From Smithellaceae bacterium (lineage in GTDB: Bacteria > Desulfobacterota > Syntrophia > Syntrophales > Smithellaceae), in the NCBI GenBank assembly GCA_963667845.2, contig CAXXVL010000002.1, forward strand, positions 864,001-928,000: a stretch of 64,000 nt of DNA, written 5' to 3'. Below the pieces are notes generated by a model. The model was not told the DNA's origin. It saw only the letters and a program-made list of their open reading frames with translations, and did no database searches. Both the position numbers and the translations under genes were made by a program. Shown one piece after another: positions 43,164 to 53,659 of this stretch; positions within the stretch are counted from its first letter, which is position 1, and each line of letters starts with the position of its first letter.

Positions 43164-43385
43164 TGTGACATGATGCACACAAGCGTGCGCACACAAGCGT
43201 GCATATGCCACATATATTTTGTTCATCCCTTCTAAAGCCGTTTCTTAAATTTGAATTAAAGACCTTTTTTTTCCAACCCTTAAATCAGATGCTCATGTGC
43301 ACGACCCTTGCTTCATCCAAAAAACAAACATCGGCACAATTTGTGAATATTCTGCGTCTCAGTATGGAATCGAATCGGTCAAATA
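43164..43385 (+). promoter_or_regulatory. Enhancer and sigma-54-like promoter block, copy 2
   Basis: Same motifs and similar spacing to copy 1 (168 vs 173 nt from first site to CGGCAC). Confidence 0.6.
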
Positions 43386-43732
43386 GTGTTTCATTAATTC
43401 ATACCGTTCGTCCTGAAACTTTCTGGGACGAAGTGATTTCCGAGTCAAAAATCGTTCTACTGCTTTGCATGCCTCATGATGAAGGATTCCCGCGGCAGCA
43501 GCGCGTTCTTGAGGAGATCGCCCAGCTTTACAAAGAAAAAATAAAGGTCGTTTTACCGGAGGAAGCGTTCCTCGACGCGTTCAAGAAAAATCTGAACGTC
43601 GTTGGAACGCCCACATTTTTGATTTTGAAAAGGGGCAAGGAAATAGCCCGGGTATGGGGTGAATCAGACCGGGAGACGTTGATTCAAATCCTCGTGGATA
43701 CGGTGAGGAAGGTTTTAAATGAAAATTTGTGA
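43364..43732 (+). CDS. Thioredoxin-fold protein lacking CxxC
   Basis: F.DEV, cis-Pro motif GTPTFLILKRGKE; only one Cys at the active-site position (LCMPHD); start uncertain. Confidence 0.6.
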   Translation: MESNRSNSVSLIHTVRPETFWDEVISESKIVLLLCMPHDEGFPRQQRVLEEIAQLYKEKIKVVLPEEAFLDAFKKNLNVVGTPTFLILKRGKEIARVWGESDRETLIQILVDTVRKVLNENL

Positions 43733-43822
43733 AGATGAACAACTGGAGCGGCAGACTGGAAGGGGCTTCTACGATTACCCCCAGAAAGTAGCGCTGATCG
43801 GTCGGTTGAAAGGAGTTTTTTT

Positions 43823-44605
43823 ATGAGCAATTTATTCGATCTGAAAGGCAAGGTCGCGCTGGTTACCGGCGGCGGCCGGGGATTGGGAAAACATATTACG
43901 GCCGGGCTTGCCGAGGCGGGCGCCACGGTCATCATAACGTCGCGAAAGATGGACAACCTGGAAGCGGCGGCCCGGGAGATCGGTGATCGCTACAAGGTTC
44001 CCATTGTTCCGATCGCCTGCGATCAGGCCAGGGAAGAAGATATCAATAACCTGATGAAAGAAGCAACAGGGCAGTTCCCGCGTATTGACATTCTGGTGAA
44101 CAATTCGGGAGTCACCTGGGGGGCGCCGACACTGGAGTTCCCGATCCGAGGATGGGATAAGCTCTTTAACGTCAACCTGCGCGGGGTCTGGATTCTGACC
44201 CAGCAGATCGCCCGTTTGATGAAAGAGCAAGGCGGCGGCAACATTATTAATATCTCTTCCATCACGTCGCTCAGAGGGTTCGAAGAGGACATTCAGCCTT
44301 CCGTCGCCTACAATGCGACCAAGGCCGCACTCAATAACCTGACCATTAATCTGGCCGTAAAACTTGCCTCCTACAATATCCGGGTCAATGCAATTGCTCT
44401 GGGGTATTTCCATTCCGATATGACGTCCTACATGGACATCCCTGAATACAAACATCATTACGAAGCACTCGTCGGGATGGTCCCGATGAAAAGGTTCGGT
44501 GAGGGGAACGACATCAAGGGCGCAGCGGTCTTCCTGGCTTCAGAAGCATCGTCTTTTGTGACCGGTCATATTCTCGCTGTAGACGGCGGGTTCCTGGCAA
44601 GATGA
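43823..44605 (+). CDS. Short-chain dehydrogenase/reductase
   Basis: TGGGRGLG, NNSG, YNATK. Confidence 0.93.
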   Translation: MSNLFDLKGKVALVTGGGRGLGKHITAGLAEAGATVIITSRKMDNLEAAAREIGDRYKVPIVPIACDQAREEDINNLMKEATGQFPRIDILVNNSGVTWGAPTLEFPIRGWDKLFNVNLRGVWILTQQIARLMKEQGGGNIINISSITSLRGFEEDIQPSVAYNATKAALNNLTINLAVKLASYNIRVNAIALGYFHSDMTSYMDIPEYKHHYEALVGMVPMKRFGEGNDIKGAAVFLASEASSFVTGHILAVDGGFLAR

Positions 44606-44631
44606 CAATAATCAAGAAAGAGAGATAAGAA

Positions 44632-45777
44632 ATGAATTTCAAATTAAATGACGATCAAAAAATGCTCCGGGACTCGGTGCGCCGTATTGCGGAGAGCGAA
44701 TTCGGCCCCCGCGCCGCGGAAGTTGACGAAACTGAAAAATTCCCCCGTGAAGCTTTCCGGACGCTGGCCGAAAACGGCCTGATGGGTATCCAGATTCCGG
44801 AGGAATACGGTGGCGCCGGAGCCGGTATGCTGTCGCTGATCCTGACGGTGGAAGAAGTTGCCCGCGTCTGCGCGTCCACTTCCGTCATTCTGACAACACA
44901 GGCGTTGGCCAGCGATCCGCTTCTGATCGGTGGTACGGAAGAACAGAAGAAGAAATATCTGTACCGGCTCGCCTCGGGTGAGAGTCTGGGCGCATGCGCC
45001 ATCACGGAGCCGGGAGCTGGGTCCGACGTTTCCGGGATGAAGACGGTGGCCAGGAAAGTCAAAGACGGATACGTCCTTAACGGATCCAAGATCTTCATCA
45101 CCAACGGCGGCGAATCGGACATCATCACCGTTTTGGCCTACACGGATAAGGAAAAGGGGAGCAGGGGCATCAGCATGTTTATCGTGGAGAAGGAAGACAA
45201 GGGTTTCATCGTCGGCCGGCAGGAACATAAGATGGGCATTCACGGTTCCGATACACGCGAGCTGACCTTTGAGGACCTGTTTGTCCCGGAGGATCGGCTG
45301 TTAGGCAAGGAAGGGGACGGGTTTAAAATCCTTATGGCCACCTTCAACTACACGCGGCCGGCGGTCGGCGCCCAGGCGCTTGGCATTGCCCAGGGTGCGC
45401 TGGAGCAAGTGATCCGGTATTCCAAAGAACGCGTACAGTTTGGCAAGCCGCTGGCGTCATTCCAGGGCCTTCAGTGGATGATGGCGGAAATGGCGCTGGG
45501 CGTGGAAACCGCGAGGACCATGGTTTACCGCGCAGCGGCAACGATCGACGACGAGCCTGACTCCCCTGACATTCCGAAACTCTCCTCTATGGCGAAGTGG
45601 TACGCTTCGGATGTGGCGAAGAAAGTCACAACGGACGCCGTGCAGATCTTCGGCGGATACGGCTATAGCAGGGAGTATCCGGTTGAGCGGATGATGCGCG
45701 ATGCCAAGATCACCCAGATTTATGAAGGGACCAACCAGGTCCAGCGCATGATCATTGCGGGGCAGATCTTCAGATAA
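44632..45777 (+). CDS. Acyl-CoA dehydrogenase
   Basis: TEPGAGSD, FITNG, RVQFGK, QIFGGYGY, IYEGTNQ. Confidence 0.95.
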   Translation: MNFKLNDDQKMLRDSVRRIAESEFGPRAAEVDETEKFPREAFRTLAENGLMGIQIPEEYGGAGAGMLSLILTVEEVARVCASTSVILTTQALASDPLLIGGTEEQKKKYLYRLASGESLGACAITEPGAGSDVSGMKTVARKVKDGYVLNGSKIFITNGGESDIITVLAYTDKEKGSRGISMFIVEKEDKGFIVGRQEHKMGIHGSDTRELTFEDLFVPEDRLLGKEGDGFKILMATFNYTRPAVGAQALGIAQGALEQVIRYSKERVQFGKPLASFQGLQWMMAEMALGVETARTMVYRAAATIDDEPDSPDIPKLSSMAKWYASDVAKKVTTDAVQIFGGYGYSREYPVERMMRDAKITQIYEGTNQVQRMIIAGQIFR

Positions 45778-45930
45778 GGAACTCGGTCCGGGAGCGCAGG
45801 ACGATGATCCGGCTCTCCAATCAAATGGTGGTGTACTCGAATATATTCAGAAGGGAGGGTAGATAAGAAGAACGTTAAGAATTACAAATCGTCATTATTT
45901 AATTTTCAGCAACAATGAAAGGAGTTGTCT

Positions 45931-47424
45931 ATGAACTGGTTCTTGACACGTAATCATTACATTGTGGTCTTCGCCTGCGCATTGGCTTTGGTTTTGGGAG
46001 GCCTTCTCGGTCCGGGCGAAACGTTTGCAGCAAAACCGACCAAAACTGAAAAAACGGTAAAAACCGCTCCGGGTGCGGAAACCTGGGCCAAGCCCAATGC
46101 GGCTTTCGACGGCACGAAGATCAGCGACATGTCCAAGTTCGATCCCGCGAAGTGGGTCAATCCTGAAGGTGAAGACACCATCCGGATTGCCGTCGTATGG
46201 CCTCACTCCGGTCCCGCGGCCCAGGTGGGCGATAGCGCCTGGCTGTGCATGACCTGGGTTGCTTATGATCTCAACAAACGCGGCGGCATCATGGTCGACG
46301 GCAAAAAGAAGAAGATCGCCCTGTTCAAGGCCGATACCATGTCCAAACCGGATCAGGCCAAGAAGGTCTGCGAGCGCATGGTCCTGCAGGAAAAGGTGCA
46401 CGTCCTGATGGGCTCCTCCGGCAGTAACATCGTAAAGATCCAGAACGAAGTGGCCAACAAGTACAAAGTCATCTCGGTCAACGTCGCCTCTTTGTCGGAG
46501 GAACTCCAGGATGCGGAGAACTTCAACCGTTATTCCTTCATGACTTCCGATTCGACCTTTGCGAATGGTCGGGCATCTGCCTATTTCTACAGCCAGAGGA
46601 AGAAAGAGAAGAAATTCTATATTCTGTGCCAGGACTATTCATACGGTCACGATATCGCTAAAGGGTTTAAAATGGGACTGAAAGAATACTACCCGGAAGC
46701 GCAGCTTGTGGGCGAAGATTATCATAAGCTGTTTTTGACCGACTATGCTCCTTACCTGACCAAGATCAAGGCCTCGGGCGCCGAGGTGATCTTCACGGGC
46801 GACTGGATGCCGGACATCAGCAACCTGCTGAAGCAGTCCCGTCAGATGGGATTGAATATTCCGATCGTCGGCAACTACCTTGATGACACGAATGCGCTCA
46901 TTCAGATCGGAATCGAAGGCACCAAGGGCCTCATGAACGTCAAGCCCGGCGAAAAGGTCGGTCCTACATTTACCGATCCGGGGATCACCAGATTATATCA
47001 GACCTGGAACACCCAATGGAAAAACGTCTGGACTGCCCCCTTCAATACAGTCCTGCTCAAATATCCCTCAGGAGCCTGGGGCAACTGGATCCAGAACTTC
47101 TACTGGACTCTGAGCGTCATCGAGCGGGCCAAGAGCACCGATCCTGAAAAGATCATAAAGGTCTGGGAAGGCGACACCTATAAGATGGTAACCGGACGGC
47201 TGATCAAGATGCGGGCCTGCGACCACAAGTCGATTCAAGGATACCGGATGGGCGAGCACGTACCGCCGGCCGAGCAGAAGCAGAATATGAATATCCCGCC
47301 TTACCACTGGATGGATAATACCTCCATGGTCGGCCCCACCTGGGATATCCCGGCCGAGAAGGTCCTTCCCTGGATGGATCAGAAACTCGATAGGTGCAAG
47401 GGCAAAAACGACTGGGGTGAATAG
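45931..47424 (+). CDS. ABC transporter substrate-binding protein, LivK-like family; no permeases nearby
   Basis: Signal peptide, PHSGPAA, DYSYGHD, TDYAPYLTKIKASGAE. Confidence 0.8.
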   Translation: MNWFLTRNHYIVVFACALALVLGGLLGPGETFAAKPTKTEKTVKTAPGAETWAKPNAAFDGTKISDMSKFDPAKWVNPEGEDTIRIAVVWPHSGPAAQVGDSAWLCMTWVAYDLNKRGGIMVDGKKKKIALFKADTMSKPDQAKKVCERMVLQEKVHVLMGSSGSNIVKIQNEVANKYKVISVNVASLSEELQDAENFNRYSFMTSDSTFANGRASAYFYSQRKKEKKFYILCQDYSYGHDIAKGFKMGLKEYYPEAQLVGEDYHKLFLTDYAPYLTKIKASGAEVIFTGDWMPDISNLLKQSRQMGLNIPIVGNYLDDTNALIQIGIEGTKGLMNVKPGEKVGPTFTDPGITRLYQTWNTQWKNVWTAPFNTVLLKYPSGAWGNWIQNFYWTLSVIERAKSTDPEKIIKVWEGDTYKMVTGRLIKMRACDHKSIQGYRMGEHVPPAEQKQNMNIPPYHWMDNTSMVGPTWDIPAEKVLPWMDQKLDRCKGKNDWGE

Positions 47425-47610
47425 AGATTGAATAAACTCCGCGGTTCTTCTCCGCTCTCTTTTTCACAAGTCCCTCCTCCTGTGAAGGAAGGGTGGAGGA
47501 GAACCTTCCGGTGACTCCAAGAGATGTGGATAAATTTGCAACAATGTGAGAGACTTCTCCGCGAGCTGCTGTGGAGATCTTCAGCAAAAAAATGTTTAAA
47601 GGGTAGCTAA

Positions 47611-48660
47611 ATGTCGAATGAAACAAAAGTAATGACGGCAAAAGAAGCGATCGGCCGTTTTGTCCATGACGGGGATAGCCTGGTGGTGGGCAATTATACG
47701 GAGGGAATTCCCTATAACTTGATCTTTGAAATTATTCGCCAGAGAAAGAGGAGGCTGACCTACTACAGCCAGTCCGGCACCGCGGACGCGGAGTTCCTCG
47801 TTGCAGGCGATTGTGTGGAAAAGATGTGCTCTGCCTTTATCCACAAATGGGGCGGGCGCGGTGCCGGGAGCATGGTGGAACGCTATCAGCGGGCAGGAAA
47901 GCTCCAGGTAGAGGACTACACGAATTTCACATACAACGCCCGGCTTGCGGCCGGCGCATACGGCTATGAGTTCATGCCCGTTCTGCCGGCCATCATGGAT
48001 TCTGATGTCTTCCATGTCCGGGGTTATCTGGGGGAGAAAAAATTCGGCTTGGTGAAGAGTCCTTTTTCCGGCAAAGACATCCCCGTTGTCCCCGCGGCCA
48101 ATCCCGATGTTTGCATCTTGCACGTCCAACGGGCCGACGTAAATGGCAATGCCCAGCATTGGGGCGGCCTGGGCTCCACCGTTCATGCCTGTCTGGCCAG
48201 CAGGAAGATCATCGTCTCGTGCGAGGAAATCGTGGACTACGACATCATCAAATCGAGTCCGCACCTCACGATCGTCCCCGGTTTCAGGGTCAATGCGGTG
48301 ATTGAGGAGCCGTACGGATGTCATCCGGGCGAGCTGCCAGGCTACCGAAACACAGATTTAGCGATGATGAGCATTATCAACGCGGCCATCTCTTCCGAAG
48401 CAGGGCTGGCATCCATGTTCGATGAATGGGTTTATGGCTTGCCTGACCGTGCTGCCTATATCCAGCACTACGTCAAAATTTTCGGGCAACGATCACTGGA
48501 CCGCTTCAAGGCCAGGTCTTACTATTCCGCACCCGCCAATTATGGCGTGGCTTTCTCATCAGGCTGGGATACCAATGGTCTGGTGTTGAATTTGGGTGTG
48601 GACATGAAAGGGCTGGAGCGATTGATTGAAGAAAGGGGAGAACTGGTTGATGTTAAGTAA
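47611..48660 (+). CDS. CoA-transferase subunit A, glutaconate CoA-transferase-like
   Basis: EAIGRFVHDGD, PDVCILHVQRADVNGN, IIVSCEEIV, PYGCHP. Confidence 0.85.
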   Translation: MSNETKVMTAKEAIGRFVHDGDSLVVGNYTEGIPYNLIFEIIRQRKRRLTYYSQSGTADAEFLVAGDCVEKMCSAFIHKWGGRGAGSMVERYQRAGKLQVEDYTNFTYNARLAAGAYGYEFMPVLPAIMDSDVFHVRGYLGEKKFGLVKSPFSGKDIPVVPAANPDVCILHVQRADVNGNAQHWGGLGSTVHACLASRKIIVSCEEIVDYDIIKSSPHLTIVPGFRVNAVIEEPYGCHPGELPGYRNTDLAMMSIINAAISSEAGLASMFDEWVYGLPDRAAYIQHYVKIFGQRSLDRFKARSYYSAPANYGVAFSSGWDTNGLVLNLGVDMKGLERLIEERGELVDVK

Positions 48661-49477
48661 AAAAATTACCAAAGAAGAGCTGCTGATCGTGACGGCCGCC
48701 CGTCAGATCAAGGATCACGACGTCTGTGTCCTGGGCATCGGAATGCCGATACTGGCGGGGGCTCTGGCCAAGCACACGCACGCTCCCGCTGTGGTCCTGC
48801 TGATGGAATCGGGCATCGTCGATTTCGAACCGGTCGTTCTGCCGATCAATGTCGCCGATGCTACCTGTACGCGTGGATACGGCTATGCCATCGACCTGTT
48901 CAGCGTTTTCACGACGATCGCCTACGCGGGTTACCTGGACAAGGCTTTTCTTGGCGTGGGGCAAATCGATAAGTATGGAAATATCAATACGTCTTATCTG
49001 GGAATGCCTCCCCAAGCCCAGCGCATCACGGCCGCGGGAGGGGCGCCGGAGTTCTATGCTTATGCCAAGGAAACGATCCTGACCATGAAGGGGAAAGGCT
49101 TCGTCGAGAAGCTGCCCTATCGCACATCCACGGGATTCATGGGCGGAGGTGATGAACGTGAACGATCCGGCCGTTACACGCCGGGTTCCGGTCCTAGCGT
49201 CCTGATCACGTCAAAAGGAATCTTTAAATTTCACAAAGAGACAAAGGAAATGTACCTGGATGCCCTTTTCCCCGGCATGACAGTGGACGATGTCAGAGCG
49301 GACGTCCCCTGGGACCTGCAGGTAGCCGAAGAAATCCAATCCTTTCCGGTGCCCAATGATGAAGAGATAGATTATCTGCGGCGTTTTTCTCCGTCCAGCT
49401 CGCTTCCCAACCAAGTGGCCACGCAGTTATCCATTGAGCACTTTAGAAGGCAGGCCATGGCGGAAACCCTGAAATAA
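48650..49477 (+). CDS. CoA-transferase subunit B
   Basis: LGIGMP, MESG catalytic Glu, QIDKYGNIN. Confidence 0.85.
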   Translation: MLSKKITKEELLIVTAARQIKDHDVCVLGIGMPILAGALAKHTHAPAVVLLMESGIVDFEPVVLPINVADATCTRGYGYAIDLFSVFTTIAYAGYLDKAFLGVGQIDKYGNINTSYLGMPPQAQRITAAGGAPEFYAYAKETILTMKGKGFVEKLPYRTSTGFMGGGDERERSGRYTPGSGPSVLITSKGIFKFHKETKEMYLDALFPGMTVDDVRADVPWDLQVAEEIQSFPVPNDEEIDYLRRFSPSSSLPNQVATQLSIEHFRRQAMAETLK

Positions 49478-49503
49478 ATACGACGCTGTAATTTAGACTT
49501 TGA

Positions 49504-49535
49504 ATAGGCCGGAGGGATCCGGCCTATCTTTTTTT
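49504..49535 (+). terminator. Intrinsic terminator
   Basis: ATAGGCCGGA-ggga-TCCGGCCTAT followed by CTTTTTTT. Confidence 0.85.
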
Positions 49536-49706
49536 GTCCCCTGGCCGGGGAAAAACTGAAGACGGCAAAAATTATCAATTCACGCTCGCAACCCCTGAGA
49601 CAGCGGATAGTTGATTTTTAGATGAAAGAGGTAAACGATTCAATCTCCGCTGCAGAGCATTTTGATGCGCCAGCCGTTAAGTCTGAAGCATAGCGCACAT
49701 CATCGT

Positions 49707-50099
49707 TTATTTAACGGTAATGACCGGACAGCTGGCATTCAATATGACATGCTGAGCTGTTGAACCGGTAATAATTTTCCCCACCCGTGAGGTTTTGACA
49801 ATTCCTACTATAATAAAATCGGCCTGAACTTCCTCGGCAAAGTCAACGATATCCTCTCCGGGCTGGAGGCCGCGAATAAGCAAATGTTGTTCATAAGTTA
49901 TTCCTGCCTTGGCAAGTTCTTCTTCAACAAATTTCAATTGCATCTCCGCTTCATCAATGGCCTTTGTGTCCGAGGTACGCCCTCCGATACGAGAAACAAC
50001 AACGTTAACCTTCGCCTTCATTTCCTTTGCCAGTTTTTTAGTCAACTCCAGTGCTGTTTTCGACGAATCGGAACCATCATATGCTAAAACTAAATTCAT
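49707..50099 (-). CDS. Universal stress protein
   Basis: LAYDGSDSS, GSTAQHVILNASCPV. Confidence 0.9.
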   Translation of the reverse strand: MNLVLAYDGSDSSKTALELTKKLAKEMKAKVNVVVSRIGGRTSDTKAIDEAEMQLKFVEEELAKAGITYEQHLLIRGLQPGEDIVDFAEEVQADFIIVGIVKTSRVGKIITGSTAQHVILNASCPVITVK

Positions 50100-50435
50100 T
50101 TGTCTGTCTCCTTTCCTGCTGCTTCTGAATGATTAATAGTTAAAGAACAAAACATTATATACCTTATGTAATAACTACTCTAACTTGACTGTCAAGTTTT
50201 AACCTTCTTTAACCTTAAAGACATTAGTGCCGAACACTGGCTTTGAAGTGAAATTTTCTATTGTCCCCGGAGCAGAGTATCAGACAATTCTGATCGACAT
50301 TTTTCGATTGCCATTCGCATTAACACTATTTGCATACAATCCTCCTTGAAACCCTCTACTGCATATCCAGATGTCGATTAAATCAGAGTTCAGCGGCTAT
50401 AGGATTCGCGCCTGGTTTCTAAGTCGCGACAGCGA

Positions 50436-52430
50436 TCAATAGCTCACGGCCTGGCGCGCTTTTTCCAGGCAGGCGATCAGATCTTGCATATGCTTATCTT
50501 CAATAAAAGGCGACATGACGAATGATTTTATGGCAAGGACCGGTTCGCCACAGGCCGCGGTCCGGTAATGCGCTGTCACCGACAAGGCAAAACCGCTTTC
50601 CTGCTCCATCTGGCGATGCAACTCGTCAAAGATTTTCCGGTTATACTCATTGTTCCGCCTCAGACTCTCTGCTGCCTCCGGGTTATTGAGCTCGTCGTAA
50701 AAGACCGCCTTGGCATTGATTCCATCGGGGTAGACCCGGAACAACGTCACCGGACCATAATTGTAATCATTGACCTGGCACATGGCCGGATGTTCGTCCA
50801 ACCGCCTTCTCAGCACTTCAGACATGGTCACGAGGTGCCCCAGTAGCCCCCGATAACCTTCCTTGCCGAACAACTTCAGATTGGCCAGGGCCGCAAGCAC
50901 CGAGCCGCCGGCGCGGGAGGTTTCCAGGGTAAACACGCCGGGGTGATAGTTGCCGAACTGAAACAGGTAGGGCATAAGTCCGGTATCGCGGCTGATGAGG
51001 TTCAGGTCATCTCTGTTTTTACAGAGAATCATGCTCGAGACATAGGGCCCGAAGCCCGTCTTGTGAAAATCAATGCCCACCGTGTCGGCCCGTGACAACG
51101 CACTGATGTTGACCTGCGTGTCCCAGAGGCAGCGCAGGGCACGGGGATTGAACCCCAGCGTGTTGGCATCAAAGTCGTAGTCGTTAAAAACCGACCAGGC
51201 CCAGCCGATAACGGCGTCGGCATGAATGTGAGGCAGGTAGGGCAGCTTGTATTCAGCAGCCAGGCTGTCGCGCAGGCCGGCGATATACTGGAGATTGTCC
51301 ATACCGAAGGCATCGGTGGTTCCCATAGTCGCAATGATGGCGGCGATTTTTTCTCCCCGGTCCAGAAGGTTGCGCAGGATCTTTTCCAGGGCGGCCAGAT
51401 CCATGGAATTATCGGCATCGGTAGGAACGGTCACCAAACTGTCCGTTCCGAGACCCAGCCAGCCGGGAACATTGATCTTTGCATAATGAGCCGCACTCGA
51501 AGCAACCAGTTTTGCGGGTTCATGCACACCCCGGCTGAACGTTCCGGGGCACGCCTTTTCCAGACCGAGCTTGACGCCATAGAGGATCGTGCCTGTGCCG
51601 CCAAAGGTGCAAAAGCCTGCTGCGCGCTCAGGATCATACCCGACAAGTGTGGCGCACATGGCCGCTGCCTCAATTTCGGCAAGACCGACGCGGTAGCTGT
51701 ATTCATCCGAGATGATGTTCGGATTGTAGATGGCGCCGAAGAGATTGCCGATGATGGATGGCACCGATGTCGGCGGGACAACGTTTTCCTGCGTGCGGGG
51801 ATGGCTCCAGATGAAACCGCCCTGCATGTACTCCGCGATGCCGGCGACCGTTTCTGCGACGCCCGACATGGTTTCCGGAACCTGCAGTGACCGGGCCTGG
51901 CTGTAGTCAATGGGTTCGCGCACGCCCAGGTAGGGGTGGCCTGTTTTGAGCTTGTCGATTTGTTCCAGACCGTTGGCTATCGAGGCGACAAATTGTTTAT
52001 CGGCATCAGCGTCCGAGACCGGGGAAGGAAAGGCGCTCCGCAAGAGGGGGAGCAGATCGGCGTAAGTTTTGCCCCGCCTGGCGACCGTTCCGGGCGCGGC
52101 CCGGAAACCGGAGGAAAAAGCTTCGAGTAAGCCGGACAGTTCCAGCACCTGACGGATCGTCGGGCTGGCCTGTATCAGACGGAAAGGCAGGAGATTATGA
52201 GTTTCTCCGGCTGCCGAGCGCGCGGCCGCCAATTTCATCAGAAAAAGAAGGGATCGGATGCCCGCGCTGGAAATATACTGCAAGTGCGAAAAGTCGAGGA
52301 CTACCGGCTGTTCGCTTTCCCGCACCAGCGGTTCGAGGGTATTTTCAAATTCTTTGGCGGAGGCAACATCCAGCCTTCCTGCGCATGTCACGGTTATGCG
52401 GGTTGCTCTCTTTTCGATATTGATATCCAT
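50436..52430 (-). CDS. STAS (anti-anti-sigma) domain fused to a group II PLP-dependent decarboxylase
   Basis: GRLD, DFSHLQYISSAGIR, VLELSGL; then GGTGT, GTTDAFGMD, HADA, DFHK. Confidence 0.85.
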   Translation of the reverse strand: MDINIEKRATRITVTCAGRLDVASAKEFENTLEPLVRESEQPVVLDFSHLQYISSAGIRSLLFLMKLAAARSAAGETHNLLPFRLIQASPTIRQVLELSGLLEAFSSGFRAAPGTVARRGKTYADLLPLLRSAFPSPVSDADADKQFVASIANGLEQIDKLKTGHPYLGVREPIDYSQARSLQVPETMSGVAETVAGIAEYMQGGFIWSHPRTQENVVPPTSVPSIIGNLFGAIYNPNIISDEYSYRVGLAEIEAAAMCATLVGYDPERAAGFCTFGGTGTILYGVKLGLEKACPGTFSRGVHEPAKLVASSAAHYAKINVPGWLGLGTDSLVTVPTDADNSMDLAALEKILRNLLDRGEKIAAIIATMGTTDAFGMDNLQYIAGLRDSLAAEYKLPYLPHIHADAVIGWAWSVFNDYDFDANTLGFNPRALRCLWDTQVNISALSRADTVGIDFHKTGFGPYVSSMILCKNRDDLNLISRDTGLMPYLFQFGNYHPGVFTLETSRAGGSVLAALANLKLFGKEGYRGLLGHLVTMSEVLRRRLDEHPAMCQVNDYNYGPVTLFRVYPDGINAKAVFYDELNNPEAAESLRRNNEYNRKIFDELHRQMEQESGFALSVTAHYRTAACGEPVLAIKSFVMSPFIEDKHMQDLIACLEKARQAVSY

Positions 52431-52940
52431 TGCGCTTCCTTTCGTGCAGTCGAACTGATTTTGAATGACGTACTGAAAAAACAATAGCGGCATTTGTGAA
52501 AAGATTCAACGAACAAATATAGGAGATGGCGCTGTTTCGAAAGCGTCAGAGCGATTGGATCATGATGCAAAGCTGCCAGAGGCTATTTCGAAATAAAGAT
52601 GGAACGAAATGAAAAGCGCAAAGAATGAAGGTGGTAAAACGGATGCCGATGAACCATTTTATGACAGCCGCAAATTATTTCTGTGTCGATGCAACAAGAC
52701 GGCAATGATGTATCAGAGAGTCTCTCTTCCCCGAATCCTGATAATCCATTTCTTTGTCCGTGCCTCGTACTTCTTGCAAAGGGCCCGCGTATCGCATGTT
52801 CTTATCCTCCTATCCGAAAATCAGCAAGATCCGGCGGACAGTTAAATTGAGACTTCTGCGGCGCGGCAAACCGATATAACAATTGACAGGTTGTCGCATT
52901 GATTCTATAATTATCAATCTTTTCAAAAGGAGTCATTTCC

Positions 52941-53642
52941 GTGAAAAATATGTGGATCACAGTTGCGATGGTTATTCTGTTGGTATCGGGATGCTCAACT
53001 GCCCAAAAGATATCTCCCGAGGAACAGTTTAAAAAAAGCTTCTCGCAGCACAAATATGAAACCTTTGCCAAGACGTCCGTTCCGGGTGTCTATGAGATTT
53101 ACAATGGGCGGCAGGTTTATTACTACCTTGCCGAAGGTGATGTGATACTCGTGGGCAGCATGATTTCCAAGGACAATAATAACCTGACACAGGAAAGCAT
53201 CGCGAAAAAAATGGCCGCCAAGCTGACCAACCTTCCCCTGGACCAGGCGTTGCAAGTAGGAAACGGTAAAATCCCGGTTGTGGAATTCATTGATCCGAAT
53301 TGCCACTATTGCCGATTGTCTTTCAATTTTTTTAATTCGCGGAAGAAAGATGTAACGCTGTATGCTTTTTTCTATCCCCTGTCCGAAGACTCGAGAAAGA
53401 AGATCCGCCACATTTTTTGCTCGAAGGATAAGGTCGCAGCCTATGAGGATGCTCTGGGCGGAAAACTTGACGGGAATGTCCAACTGACTCAGTGTAGTGA
53501 TAAGGATGTCGAAGTCATGCTGAAAAATCATCAGCAGGTCAGTGCGCAAGTCGGCGTGAATGCGACGCCGCTGTTTTATATCAAAGGTCAAGTTGTTCCC
53601 GGTTTCGATCAGCCGGCCATAGAAAAATTATTGGGAAATTGA
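52941..53642 (+). CDS. DsbC-family thiol:disulfide isomerase
   Basis: Lipobox VSGC, FIDPNCHYC, GVNATP. Confidence 0.85.
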   Translation: MKNMWITVAMVILLVSGCSTAQKISPEEQFKKSFSQHKYETFAKTSVPGVYEIYNGRQVYYYLAEGDVILVGSMISKDNNNLTQESIAKKMAAKLTNLPLDQALQVGNGKIPVVEFIDPNCHYCRLSFNFFNSRKKDVTLYAFFYPLSEDSRKKIRHIFCSKDKVAAYEDALGGKLDGNVQLTQCSDKDVEVMLKNHQQVSAQVGVNATPLFYIKGQVVPGFDQPAIEKLLGN

Positions 53643-53659
53643 AACCTCATTGATCAGTC

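Noticed and set aside
42882..43235. 117-aa ORF between the esterase and promoter copy 2
   Set aside because: No motifs, and it overlaps the enhancer repeat.
47525..47533. Perfect canonical DnaA box TGTGGATAA
   Set aside because: Isolated, far from the origin cluster, and plausible by chance.
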